DNA of 64,000 nt from Selenomonadaceae bacterium (GCA_022773425.1 JALFBM010000031.1:13905-77904); one strand, 5' to 3'. Counted from the first letter of the stretch, positions 27,289 through 35,131 are shown. Notes: generated by a model not told the origin, from the sequence alone. Made by a program: numbers and translations.

Positions 27289-27374
27289 GAATTGTGGGCT
27301 TTACCCTTGACGGGAAGCGCAGCGCGCCTTCCGCCTTTCCTCAACATGGATCGTTTACAGAAAGGAATTCGTCT

Positions 27375-27908
27375 ATGCTTCACGTTCACTTCACCACGCG
27401 GGAGCTCGTCTTCACGGCGCTCATGATTGCCGCGACCTTTGTGCTCGAGCAGCTGCGTATCTTCACGATGCCGCAGGGCGGCAGCATCACGCTCGGCGGC
27501 ATGGTACCGCTCCTGCTGCTCGCGTATCTCTTCGGCCCGGTCGTCGGCGCTGCCGGCGGCTGCCTGTACGGCTTCCTGAACCTCATGCAGGATCCGTTCA
27601 TCGTGCACCCCGTGCAGGTGCTGTTTGACTACCCGCTCCCCTATATGTGCATGGGCCTCGCGGGGCTCTTTCCCGCGCACCGCGCCGCCTCGACCGCGCT
27701 CGCGTTCGCCGCGCGCTTCATCTGCCACTTCATCTCCGGCATCGTCTTCTTCGCGTCCTACGCGCCCGAGGGCATGAATCCCGCTATATACTCTGCCGTC
27801 TTCAATGCGACGTATCTGATCCCGGATTTTCTCATCTGCTGCGTCATACTCAAGCTCCTGCCCATCCGCCGCCTGGCCGCCGCGTTTCCCCATCGCCAGC
27901 ACCCATGA
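27375..27908 (+). CDS. thiT: ECF-transporter S component, thiamine-specific ThiT-like
   Basis: 177 aa from ATG 27375 (AAAGGA RBS), with 6 TM segments. FICHFISGIVFFASYAPEG resembles the ThiT hallmark region (FFHFIAGIIFWSQYAW in L. lactis ThiT, from memory). Confidence 0.65.
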   Translation: MLHVHFTTRELVFTALMIAATFVLEQLRIFTMPQGGSITLGGMVPLLLLAYLFGPVVGAAGGCLYGFLNLMQDPFIVHPVQVLFDYPLPYMCMGLAGLFPAHRAASTALAFAARFICHFISGIVFFASYAPEGMNPAIYSAVFNATYLIPDFLICCVILKLLPIRRLAAAFPHRQHP

Positions 27909-27913
27909 TCCGA

Positions 27914-27966
27914 AGGCAAAACAAAAAGCAGGGCCCCCGTACGGTTTCCCGTGCGGGGGCCCTGCT
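27914..27966 (-). terminator. Terminator between convergent thiT and hsp20
   Basis: 13-bp GC stem agcagggcccccg/cgggggccctgct. A T-tract (TTTTTGTTTT) follows on the minus strand only. Confidence 0.75.
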
Positions 27967-27994
27967 CGTCCATCGACAAGCTCATGCTGCCGGA

Positions 27995-28450
27995 TTAAGC
28001 GACACCATGGATATCGATGGTATGGCCCGCTTCGGCCGCATTCTCCATTTTCGGCATATGGACGGAAAGGATGCCATCCTCGTATGCTGCCGTGCATTTG
28101 TTCTCATCGATGTTGTCGATGTAGAACGAGCGGCTCATGCTGCTCTGGCTGCGCTCGCGGCGTACGTAGTTGCCCTTGTCATCCTTCTGCTCGTCGTTTT
28201 TCTCATTCTTCGCGGCAATCGTCAGATAGTGATCTTTATAGGTCAGGGAGATATCGTCTTTCTTCATGCCCGGCAGCTCAGCCGTCAGGTCGTAGCTGTC
28301 GCCATTATCCTTGACATCCACCTTGAACTCTGGTACGTGGAACCCGCTCATAAACGGTTCATCAAAGACGTTCATCAGGCGATCGAAGATGTTGTCTTCC
28401 TTGCTGAGATCGTTACCACCGACAAATGGAACCAAACCAAACATAATCAA
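27995..28450 (-). CDS. Hsp20/alpha-crystallin small heat-shock protein
   Basis: 151 aa with an alpha-crystallin domain (FKVDVKDNGDSYDLTAELPGMKKDDISLTYKDHYLTIAA...GILSVHMPK). Confidence 0.9.
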   Translation of the reverse strand: MIMFGLVPFVGGNDLSKEDNIFDRLMNVFDEPFMSGFHVPEFKVDVKDNGDSYDLTAELPGMKKDDISLTYKDHYLTIAAKNEKNDEQKDDKGNYVRRERSQSSMSRSFYIDNIDENKCTAAYEDGILSVHMPKMENAAEAGHTIDIHGVA

Positions 28451-28551
28451 GATCCCCTTTCGAAAGCATTTGATTTTCTGCTCGGGTTCTTCGGGAACGG
28501 CGCCTCATCCTCCGGGGCTCTTTCCTGTTCCCTTATCCCCTTTGCAATTCT

Positions 28552-28580
28552 TATTATACTCGAATAAGTCAAAAAGTCAA
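28552..28580 (-). promoter_or_regulatory. Candidate hsp20 promoter
   Basis: On the minus strand: TTGACT (28580..28575), 17 nt, TATAAT (28557..28552). Confidence 0.5.
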
Positions 28581-28611
28581 TAGGTCAAAAGAAAAATTTG
28601 ACTTTTGTCAA
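28568..28611. repeat. GTCAA(A) heptad array plus TTGAC-N4-GTCAA palindrome upstream of hsp20
   Basis: GTCAA at 28568, 28576 and 28584 (8-bp period). Palindrome TTGACTTTTGTCAA at 28598-28611. Confidence 0.6.
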
Positions 28612-28646
28612 AAAAATTTGCCGCCGTCCCATCCGACGGCGGCAAA
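28610..28646 (-). terminator. Rho-independent terminator of pfkA
   Basis: 12-bp stem tttgccgccgtc/gacggcggcaaa, with a T-run on the minus strand. Confidence 0.8.
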
Positions 28647-28671
28647 AGCCTGACATACCCGTATCTGCTGC

Positions 28672-29634
28672 TCAGAACAACACCTTAGCAAGATGCATAT
28701 AATCCGGGTCGATCTTCTTTTTGTTGTTGACGGCATCGTGCAGGTCGATGGCGACGACGTGGCCTTTGGCAAAGCCGAAGACGATATCCGACATGCCGGA
28801 GATGATGGCGAGCGCCGCCTTCTCCCCGAGCTGGCTTGCGCGCACGCGGTCGATGACCGACGGGGAACCGCCGCGCTGGATGTGCCCGAGCACGGAAACG
28901 CGCGTATCGAGCTTGGTCTTCTCCGCGACGTATTTGCCGATTTCCGTACCGCTGCCCGCACCCTCGGCGACCACCATCAGGATATAGCGCTTGCCCTTCT
29001 TGTAGGCCTCGGCCATATCCTTGCAGATCTCATCGAGGTCGTACTCCTCCTCCGGGATCAGGATGTACTCCGCGCCGCCCGAAATGCCGGATACCAGCGC
29101 AAGCCAGCCGCACTGACGGCCCATGACCTCGAGCACGATGACGCGGCGGTGTGCCGACGCCGTGTCGCGCAATTTGTTGATGGCATCGACAATCGTGTTC
29201 GCCGCCGTATCGCAGCCAATCGTGTAGTCCATGCCCCAGACGTCGTTGTCGATGGTGCCCGGCAGGCCGACAATCGGCATGCCCGTTTCCTTCGACAGCA
29301 GCGAAGCGCCGCGCAGGGATCCGTCGCCGCCGATGACGACGAGGCCCTCGATGCCGCGCTTTTTGAGGTTCTCATAGCCGAGACGGCGCCCCTCCGGCGT
29401 CTTCCAGCGCTTGCAGCGCGCCGTGCCGAGGAACGTGCCGCCGCGCTGGATGATGTCGCTGACGTCCTTGCGCTCCATCTTGAACATATCTTCCTCGAGC
29501 AGGCCATGATAGCCGCTGCGGATGCCCCAGACATCCACGCCCTCATAAAGGGCCGTGCGCACGACCGCGCGCGCGCAGGCGTTCATCCCCGGGCTGTCCC
29601 CGCCGCTTGTCATGACTGCAATGCTTTTTAACAT
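28672..29634 (-). CDS. pfkA: ATP-dependent 6-phosphofructokinase
   Basis: MTSGGDSPGMNA, GGDGS, PGTIDND and MGR motifs. Start at ATG 29634 after AAGGGGGA. Confidence 0.9.
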   Translation of the reverse strand: MLKSIAVMTSGGDSPGMNACARAVVRTALYEGVDVWGIRSGYHGLLEEDMFKMERKDVSDIIQRGGTFLGTARCKRWKTPEGRRLGYENLKKRGIEGLVVIGGDGSLRGASLLSKETGMPIVGLPGTIDNDVWGMDYTIGCDTAANTIVDAINKLRDTASAHRRVIVLEVMGRQCGWLALVSGISGGAEYILIPEEEYDLDEICKDMAEAYKKGKRYILMVVAEGAGSGTEIGKYVAEKTKLDTRVSVLGHIQRGGSPSVIDRVRASQLGEKAALAIISGMSDIVFGFAKGHVVAIDLHDAVNNKKKIDPDYMHLAKVLF

Positions 29635-29770
29635 GTCGAATCCCCCTTGGAATCGCATTCTTTCAACTTATTCCCATATCAATCTCTATCATACCACAAA
29701 TTTGCCGCAGAAACTACTCCCATCCGACGAACCAAAGAACGAAAAATGGAGTGGCCGCGCCGCGGAAACC

Positions 29771-29799
29771 TTGACAAATGTCCCTTTTTTGTATTTAAT
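29771..29799 (+). promoter_or_regulatory. Candidate promoter driving the ZTP riboswitch-purH transcript
   Basis: TTGACA (29771-29776), 17 nt, TTTAAT (29794-29799). Confidence 0.45.
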
Positions 29800-29809
29800 A
29801 GAGATAGAA

Positions 29810-29883
29810 CCGCGTGACTGACGGAAGTGGAGGATACCACAGGGAGCGCGGAATTGCGTAGAAAAAGCCGACCGTCTGGGCAG
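29810..29883 (+). ncRNA. ZTP (pfl-motif) riboswitch aptamer
   Basis: CCGCGUGACUGACGGAAGUGGAGGAUACCACAGGGAGCGCGG, a linker, then CCGACCGUCUGGGCA. P1 is ccgcg/cgcgg and P2 is gtgg/ccac. The pseudoknot GACGG (29820-24) / CCGUC (29872-76) is a compensatory variant of consensus GGCG/CGCC. The conserved GUGACUG and CUGGGCA strings are present. Confidence 0.85.
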
Positions 29884-29912
29884 AGGAAGCCTGGATTTGT
29901 CGGCTTTCTTTA
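29864..29912 (+). terminator. Riboswitch expression-platform terminator
   Basis: Stem aaagccgac (29864-72) / gtcggcttt (29899-907), followed by CTTTAT. The 5' arm overlaps the pseudoknot strand, giving ON-switch logic. Confidence 0.75.
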
Positions 29913-29945
29913 TAAGCTTTATGGAAAAGAAAAGGAGAGGCAATC

Positions 29946-31121
29946 ATGCAGGAACTGGAACTCAAATACGGCTGCAACCCGAATCAGAAACCGGCCAAGG
30001 TCTTTATGAACGGTGGAAAGGACCTGCCGTTCACGGTGCGGAACGGCAAGCCCGGCTACATCAATCTGCTCGACGCGATGAACAGCTGGCAGCTCGTCCG
30101 CGAGCTACGCCGCGCGACGGGCCTGCCGGCCGCCGCCTCGTTCAAGCACGTGAGCCCGGCCGGCGCCGCGGTCGCCGTCCCGCTCACGAACCTCCTTCGC
30201 CGCATCTACTTCGTCGAGGACACGGAGCTCTCCCCGATTGCGACGGCCTACATCCGCGCGCGCGGCGCGGACCGCATGAGCTCGTACGGCGATTTCGTCG
30301 CGCTCTCCGACGAATGCGACGCACAGACCGCTTCCTTCCTGAAGCACGAGGTCTCCGACGGCATCATCGCGCCGTCCTATTCCGATGAGGCCCTCGCCAT
30401 CCTGAAAACCAAGCGCAAGGGGAACTACCTCGTCATCCAGATGGACCCGTCCTACGAGCCGGAACCGGTCGAGACGAAGCAGGTCTTCGGCGTGACCTTC
30501 TCGCAGAAGCGCAACGATGTCGTGATCGACGAGAGCTGCCTGACCGACATCGTCACGAAGAACAAAGACATCCCGGACGACGCGAAGCGCGACCTGCTGA
30601 TCGCGCTGATCACGCTGAAATACACACAGTCCAACTCCGTCTGCTACACCTACGGCGGCCAGGCCATCGGCATCGGCGCAGGCCAGCAGAGCCGCGTCCA
30701 CTGCACGCGCCTCGCCGGCGACAAAGCCGACAAATGGTTCCTCCGCCAGAGCCCGCAGGTGCTCGCGCTCCCGTTCAAAGACGATGTCCGCCGCCCGGAC
30801 CGCGACAACGCCATCGACGTCTACACGGGCAGCGAGTGGCGCGACCTGCTCGAGACGGACGACTGGAAACGCGTGTTCACCGAGAAGCCGCCTGTGTTCA
30901 CCGAGGAAGAGAAACGCGAATGCCTGAAAAAAGAGCATGGCGTCTGCCTCGGCTCCGACGCGTTCTTCCCGTTCGGCGACAACATTGAGCGCGCGCATAA
31001 GAGCGGCGTGTCCTATGTCGCGCAGACCGGCGGCTCCATCCGCGACGACAACGTCATCGAGACTGCGGACAAGTACCACATGGCCATGGCCATGACGCAT
31101 ATCCGCCTGTTCCACCATTGA
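29946..31121 (+). CDS. purH: AICAR formyltransferase (short PurH form without the IMP cyclohydrolase domain)
   Basis: 391 aa starting MQELELKYGCNPNQKPAKVFMNGG, with SFKHVSPAGAAV. An AAAGGAGAGG RBS is present. Confidence 0.8.
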   Translation: MQELELKYGCNPNQKPAKVFMNGGKDLPFTVRNGKPGYINLLDAMNSWQLVRELRRATGLPAAASFKHVSPAGAAVAVPLTNLLRRIYFVEDTELSPIATAYIRARGADRMSSYGDFVALSDECDAQTASFLKHEVSDGIIAPSYSDEALAILKTKRKGNYLVIQMDPSYEPEPVETKQVFGVTFSQKRNDVVIDESCLTDIVTKNKDIPDDAKRDLLIALITLKYTQSNSVCYTYGGQAIGIGAGQQSRVHCTRLAGDKADKWFLRQSPQVLALPFKDDVRRPDRDNAIDVYTGSEWRDLLETDDWKRVFTEKPPVFTEEEKRECLKKEHGVCLGSDAFFPFGDNIERAHKSGVSYVAQTGGSIRDDNVIETADKYHMAMAMTHIRLFHH

Positions 31122-31136
31122 TCGAATCGCTTAGAT

Positions 31137-31190
31137 AAAAAAGTACTGCCGTACCAGCGGATGCGCGTTGGTACGGCAGTACTTTTTTTA
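31137..31190. terminator. Bidirectional terminator after purH
   Basis: 14-bp perfect stem agtactgccgtacc/ggtacggcagtact, flanked by A5 and T7. Confidence 0.85.
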
Positions 31191-31248
31191 TCCACTCTAT
31201 CCACAGATTTTATCCCGCTGTTTGTGGATATCTTTTCTTTTATCCACA
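31188..31248. repeat. DnaA-box cluster 1
   Basis: TTATCCACT (31188-96), CTATCCACA (31197-205), TGTGGATAT (31223-31, reverse) and a perfect TTATCCACA (31240-48). Confidence 0.7.
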
Positions 31249-31259
31249 AACAGCGCCGG

Positions 31260-31949
31260 TCACATCGAAATCCAGAGCCTATCCTCAACCTCATCGCGCA
31301 GGGTTTTGCCGCCCTGCTTCTTGCCCGTCAGCGTATTCTTCGGCATATTGCGAAGGACGCCGTGATAGATGTCATCCTCGATGGAGCCAGGCACAAGGTT
31401 CTCCCAATTGCTCATGCTGTACGCGCGCTCGTGAATGGCATTGTCCGGGCGCCCCGTGACCTCGAGCTCGCAGAGGAATTGGATCTGCTGATGGCTGGGA
31501 CGGATATAGTAATGCTCGAGGTAATAGGTCTGCGGATAGCGATACGCCGCGTCCTGCTTGGCCGCATCCTCCTTCTGCGTCCCATCGGAGTCCAGGCGCA
31601 CCCAGACGTCTACGATGTACTCGTCCCCAGAATGCGGCATCTGGATCCATTTCGCATTCTGCGTGTCCATCGCGTAGTTGAAGCCGTTGTCGTTCAGCAG
31701 CTGGATATAGCGCGTTTTCGCGGGCTTCCTTTTTTGTGCCGCGTGGCTCTTCGTCCGTTTGTTTTTTGCCGCGGGCTGCGCAGCGGCAGACTGCGCGGCG
31801 GCTTTATGCCGGTTTTGCATCTCCGCCAGGATTTCCTCTGCCGTCCGCGTGCTCCCCTTCGGATTTTCACCGGTTGCCGTGCAGAAAGCCGGCATGGCAA
31901 GCAGGCCGAGGGACAGCAGAACGGCCAGCAGATGTTTCGTGCTCTTCAT
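31260..31949 (-). CDS. Secreted hypothetical protein
   Basis: Signal peptide MKSTKHLLAVLLSLGLLAMPAFC, then a Lys/Ala-rich linker. No family recognised. Start at ATG 31949 after GGGAAGGGTGA. Confidence 0.5.
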   Translation of the reverse strand: MKSTKHLLAVLLSLGLLAMPAFCTATGENPKGSTRTAEEILAEMQNRHKAAAQSAAAQPAAKNKRTKSHAAQKRKPAKTRYIQLLNDNGFNYAMDTQNAKWIQMPHSGDEYIVDVWVRLDSDGTQKEDAAKQDAAYRYPQTYYLEHYYIRPSHQQIQFLCELEVTGRPDNAIHERAYSMSNWENLVPGSIEDDIYHGVLRNMPKNTLTGKKQGGKTLRDEVEDRLWISM

Positions 31950-31969
31950 CGCGATCACCCTTCCCATCT

Positions 31970-32686
31970 TCAGAGAATCGGCTTTTTCGCCGGGGTTCCG
32001 GCCTTGCGCGGATAAGCCTTCGGCGTCGGCATGGTCTTGTGCACCGCGATAACGGCGCGCACGTCATCGAGCCCCGGCAATGCGACGCGGCGCGTTTCCA
32101 TCCCGCTGCCGCCCATCACCTTCAGGGCCTTTCCGGCTTCCCGCAGCTCCTCCTCGTATTTCGCGCCCTTCAGCGCGAGGAAATACCCGCCGCGCTTCAC
32201 GAAGGGCATGCAGTACTCCGCCAGCACGCTGAGGCGCGCGACGGCGCGGCTCACAGCGATATCGTACTGCTCGCGATACGCCTTTTGGCGCGCGCCCTCC
32301 TCGGCCCGCGCATGCACGCAGGACACCGCCTCGAGCCCCAGGTCATCGACCACCGTCTGCAGGAAATGCACGCGCTTCTGCAGGGCGTCCATCAACGTCA
32401 GATGGATGCCCGGACAAAAAATCTTCAGCGGGATGCCGGGGAATCCCGCCCCCGTCCCGACGTCGATGACGGATACGCCGTCATGGAATAACTCGGGCGT
32501 GTAGGCGGACAGGCTGTCGACCATATGCTTGACCGCGACCTCGCGCGGCTCCGTGATGGCCGTGAGGTTCATCCTCTCGTTCCACGCGAGCAACAACCGC
32601 TGGTACTGGTCAAACTGCCGAAGCTGCTCATCGGAAAGGGACAGACCATACGCCGCCGCGGCTTTCCGCATCTCCTCCAAAAACAC
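31970..32686 (-). CDS. rsmG: 16S rRNA (guanine527-N7)-methyltransferase RsmG (GidB)
   Basis: 238 aa with the SAM motif VIDVGTGAGFPGIPLKI. GTG start after AGGTGA. Confidence 0.9.
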   Translation of the reverse strand: MFLEEMRKAAAAYGLSLSDEQLRQFDQYQRLLLAWNERMNLTAITEPREVAVKHMVDSLSAYTPELFHDGVSVIDVGTGAGFPGIPLKIFCPGIHLTLMDALQKRVHFLQTVVDDLGLEAVSCVHARAEEGARQKAYREQYDIAVSRAVARLSVLAEYCMPFVKRGGYFLALKGAKYEEELREAGKALKVMGGSGMETRRVALPGLDDVRAVIAVHKTMPTPKAYPRKAGTPAKKPIL

Positions 32687-32716
32687 GCTTGCTCACCTCA
32701 TTTTGGAATCTCTGCG

Positions 32717-33694
32717 TCAGATGACCCCCTGCTTGAGCAGGTCGGTCAGATGGATCATGCCGACCGGCTTGCCGTCCTCGATGACCGGCAGGACCGTGAC
32801 CGGCCGCGGCTGATGCTTTTCCATGACGGACAGCGCGGCCGTAGCCATCGCATCCTTCTTGATGGTCAGCGGCTCGCTATACATGATGTCCGCGACCGGC
32901 TTGTCGAGGAACGCATAGTCCTTGGCGATGGCGCGGCGAACGATGCCATCGGTCAGCAGACCGATAAACTTGCCGTCCCCGTCCGTGACCGAGACCGCAC
33001 CGAGCCCTTTCTCCGTCATCGTGAACAGCGCGTCCTTCACGGCGCGCGACCCTTCGACGACCGGATTCTCGTCCCCGGCGTGCATGACGTTCTCAACCTT
33101 CAGCAACAGGCGGCGTCCGAGCGCCCCGCCCGGATGGAACAGCGCGAAATCCTGCTTCGTGAAGTTGCGCACCGACATCGTCGCGACGGCGAGCGCATCG
33201 CCCATCGCGAGCGTGCAGGTCGTGCTGGTCGTCGGCGCGAGGTTCAGCGGGCAGGCCTCTTTCTCATGCCCGATATCGATGACGTAGTCCGCGGCCTGCG
33301 CGAGCTGCGACTCGCGGTTGCCCGTCATCGCGATGATGGTCGCGCCGATGCGGCGGATGATCGGCAGGATCTTGATGGTCTCCGTCGACTCCCCGCTGTT
33401 CGAAATGGCGATGACGACATCCTTTTCCGTGACCATCCCGAGATCCCCGTGGAACGCCTCCGCCGGATGCAGAAAGAACGACGGCGTGCCCGTGCTCGCG
33501 AACGTCGCCGCCATCTTGCGCCCGATGTGGCCGGATTTCCCCATGCCGGTCACAATGACGCGCGCCGTGCAGCTCAAAATGCACTCCACGGACTTCACAA
33601 ACCCGTCGTCGATGTTCTCTTTCAGCTTCCGGACCGCTGCAGACTCGATTTCCAGCGTCTCCACGGCCTTTTCTCGAATGGTTTTCTCCTTCAT
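32717..33694 (-). CDS. kdsD: Arabinose-5-phosphate isomerase (KpsF/GutQ/KdsD family)
   Basis: SIS domain (VTGMGKSGHIGRKMAATFASTGTP) plus a tandem CBS pair. AGGAGG RBS. Confidence 0.85.
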   Translation of the reverse strand: MKEKTIREKAVETLEIESAAVRKLKENIDDGFVKSVECILSCTARVIVTGMGKSGHIGRKMAATFASTGTPSFFLHPAEAFHGDLGMVTEKDVVIAISNSGESTETIKILPIIRRIGATIIAMTGNRESQLAQAADYVIDIGHEKEACPLNLAPTTSTTCTLAMGDALAVATMSVRNFTKQDFALFHPGGALGRRLLLKVENVMHAGDENPVVEGSRAVKDALFTMTEKGLGAVSVTDGDGKFIGLLTDGIVRRAIAKDYAFLDKPVADIMYSEPLTIKKDAMATAALSVMEKHQPRPVTVLPVIEDGKPVGMIHLTDLLKQGVI

Positions 33695-33823
33695 CTTGCT
33701 TCTTTTCCTCCTAGATCCATGTGCTCTGTCTTATTATACACGTTTTTCCCCGGCTTTGTATAGTTCTGCAGGAAAAAGCGGCCGCACGCCACAAGCGCAC
33801 AGCCGCTTCCCTGCCTGCGGGAT

Positions 33824-34267
33824 TCATTCCGCTTCGTCCTCATCCGCATACAGCCGAAAATCCGTATTCTGATGAATCTGGACGCCGTACGGCAGGAGGT
33901 CTGCGAGCTCGACCTGTTTGACCTCGCCCTTCATATTCGCCATAACGACCTCCGGCACGTGGAACTCGGCGAGCAGCTGACAGACCGCGCCGTTCGGGAT
34001 AAACGGCTCCTCCTTGTCCGCGACGACCGCAATGCCGTCGAACTCCCGCTTGCCATCCGCGACCGCGCGGTACAGCGCCACAGCCTCCGCCGTTGTGGAT
34101 AATGCGGGGATCGTATTTTCGATGTTGCAGCCCGCGTAGAAGGTCCCATCGCTCGCGAGGATGCATGCGCCGACCGGCACCCTGCCGTACGGCACATACG
34201 CATTGTGCAGAATTTCCATCGCCTGCTGCACCAGCGTATTCACCATGGATTCATTGAGCATTGCCAT
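33824..34267 (-). CDS. Cytidine-deaminase-fold protein with degenerate zinc site
   Basis: 147 aa, alignable by eye to B. subtilis Cdd (YxPYS..VGA..L..DG..Y.GCNIEN). However, CAE has become TAE and PCGACRQ has become PNGAVCQ. Confidence 0.7.
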   Translation of the reverse strand: MAMLNESMVNTLVQQAMEILHNAYVPYGRVPVGACILASDGTFYAGCNIENTIPALSTTAEAVALYRAVADGKREFDGIAVVADKEEPFIPNGAVCQLLAEFHVPEVVMANMKGEVKQVELADLLPYGVQIHQNTDFRLYADEDEAE

Positions 34268-34391
34268 ACTCCCGCCCCCTGTATCTTCAGATCCTCATTC
34301 CGTTCCGTAAAATCGGTCCTAGGTATATATTAGCCCTCCCGGCGCAAAAATCCTTTCTTCCGTCAAAAAATTTTCCGCTGTGCTGCGCAGC

Positions 34392-34672
34392 TTACCCACA
34401 GCATGCTGCACTTTATCCACGAAAATCTATGTTATCCACACAATAATCCACAGCTGTGTATAACTTTTTTTTGCACATGCTGCAAATCCGGTTCTCTTTA
34501 TGGATAAAAACGGTTTTTCTCCAACCTGTGCAAGAAAGCATCTTCCCTTCACCAAAATTGGTGGATAATGTGTATAAATCTGTGGATTACGCAAGATATC
34601 GTGTCCTTTTTCCTGCCGAACACCATATCTTGTGTCTCGCCGCAGGGAAATATCCCCCAACGACGTGGATAA
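34392..34672. repeat. DnaA-box cluster 2 (8 boxes, two opposed arrays around an AT-rich core)
   Basis: Forward boxes: TTACCCACA 34392, TTATCCACG 34413, TTATCCACA 34432 (perfect), TAATCCACA 34444. Reverse boxes: TATGGATAA 34499, GGTGGATAA 34560, TGTGGATTA 34581, CGTGGATAA 34664. The AT-rich stretch gtgtataactttttttttg lies between the arrays. Confidence 0.75.
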
Positions 34673-35131
34673 TCACCAGGACCGAAACGGGTGTTTCTGC
34701 AGACTGGAGTTGTAATATTGTATCTGCCCGGAGACCTCCTCGCCAAGCCATGCAGGCCGCGAAAACGGCGCATCGGCCGACGGCAGTTCGACCTCCGCCA
34801 CGCGGAGTCCTTCGTTGGCCCCCCCGAACACGTCGATTTCCCAAACGGACTTATCCACCGTTTCCACATAGCGCGTCTTTTCGATGATGGGCTGCACGCA
34901 GAGCGCGAGCATGGCCTCGGCATCCGCCAGTGGCACCTCGTACTCGAATTCGAGTCGGCGAATCCCGTCGTTCTTCCCCTTGACGGTCAAATACCCTTTT
35001 CCGGCGCGGATGCGGACGCGCACCGTCCGCCCGGGCTCCGTCGACAGATACCCCTGCGCGATCCGGTCTCCCTTCTCTTGCGGCGTCCAACTGTCCTTGA
35101 CCAAAAATTTACGCTCGATTTCCTCTGCCAC
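34673..35131 (-). CDS. CYTH-domain protein (triphosphate tunnel metalloenzyme)
   Basis: EIERKFL (ExExK) signature. The likely start is GTG 35131, 7 nt after AAGGAAG; the ORF-track start is TTG 35149. Confidence 0.75.
   Translation of the reverse strand: MAEEIERKFLVKDSWTPQEKGDRIAQGYLSTEPGRTVRVRIRAGKGYLTVKGKNDGIRRLEFEYEVPLADAEAMLALCVQPIIEKTRYVETVDKSVWEIDVFGGANEGLRVAEVELPSADAPFSRPAWLGEEVSGQIQYYNSSLQKHPFRSW

Noticed and set aside
27160-27374. Expected TPP riboswitch upstream of thiT
   Set aside because: I looked for the conserved CUGAGA and ACCUGA...GCCAGCG strings on the plus strand and found none. Only a simple hairpin is present.
27282-28097. 271-aa minus-strand ORF
   Set aside because: It is antisense to thiT and runs across the thiT/hsp20 terminator. 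The translation is Arg/Gly/Glu-rich and it has no RBS.
28567-28590. Canonical CtsR operator
   Set aside because: The heptads resemble GGTCAAA but repeat every 8 bp rather than the 10-bp register of the CtsR box. It is kept only as an unassigned repeat.
30105-31118. 337-aa minus-strand ORF
   Set aside because: It is antisense to the well-supported purH gene. It is a shadow ORF.
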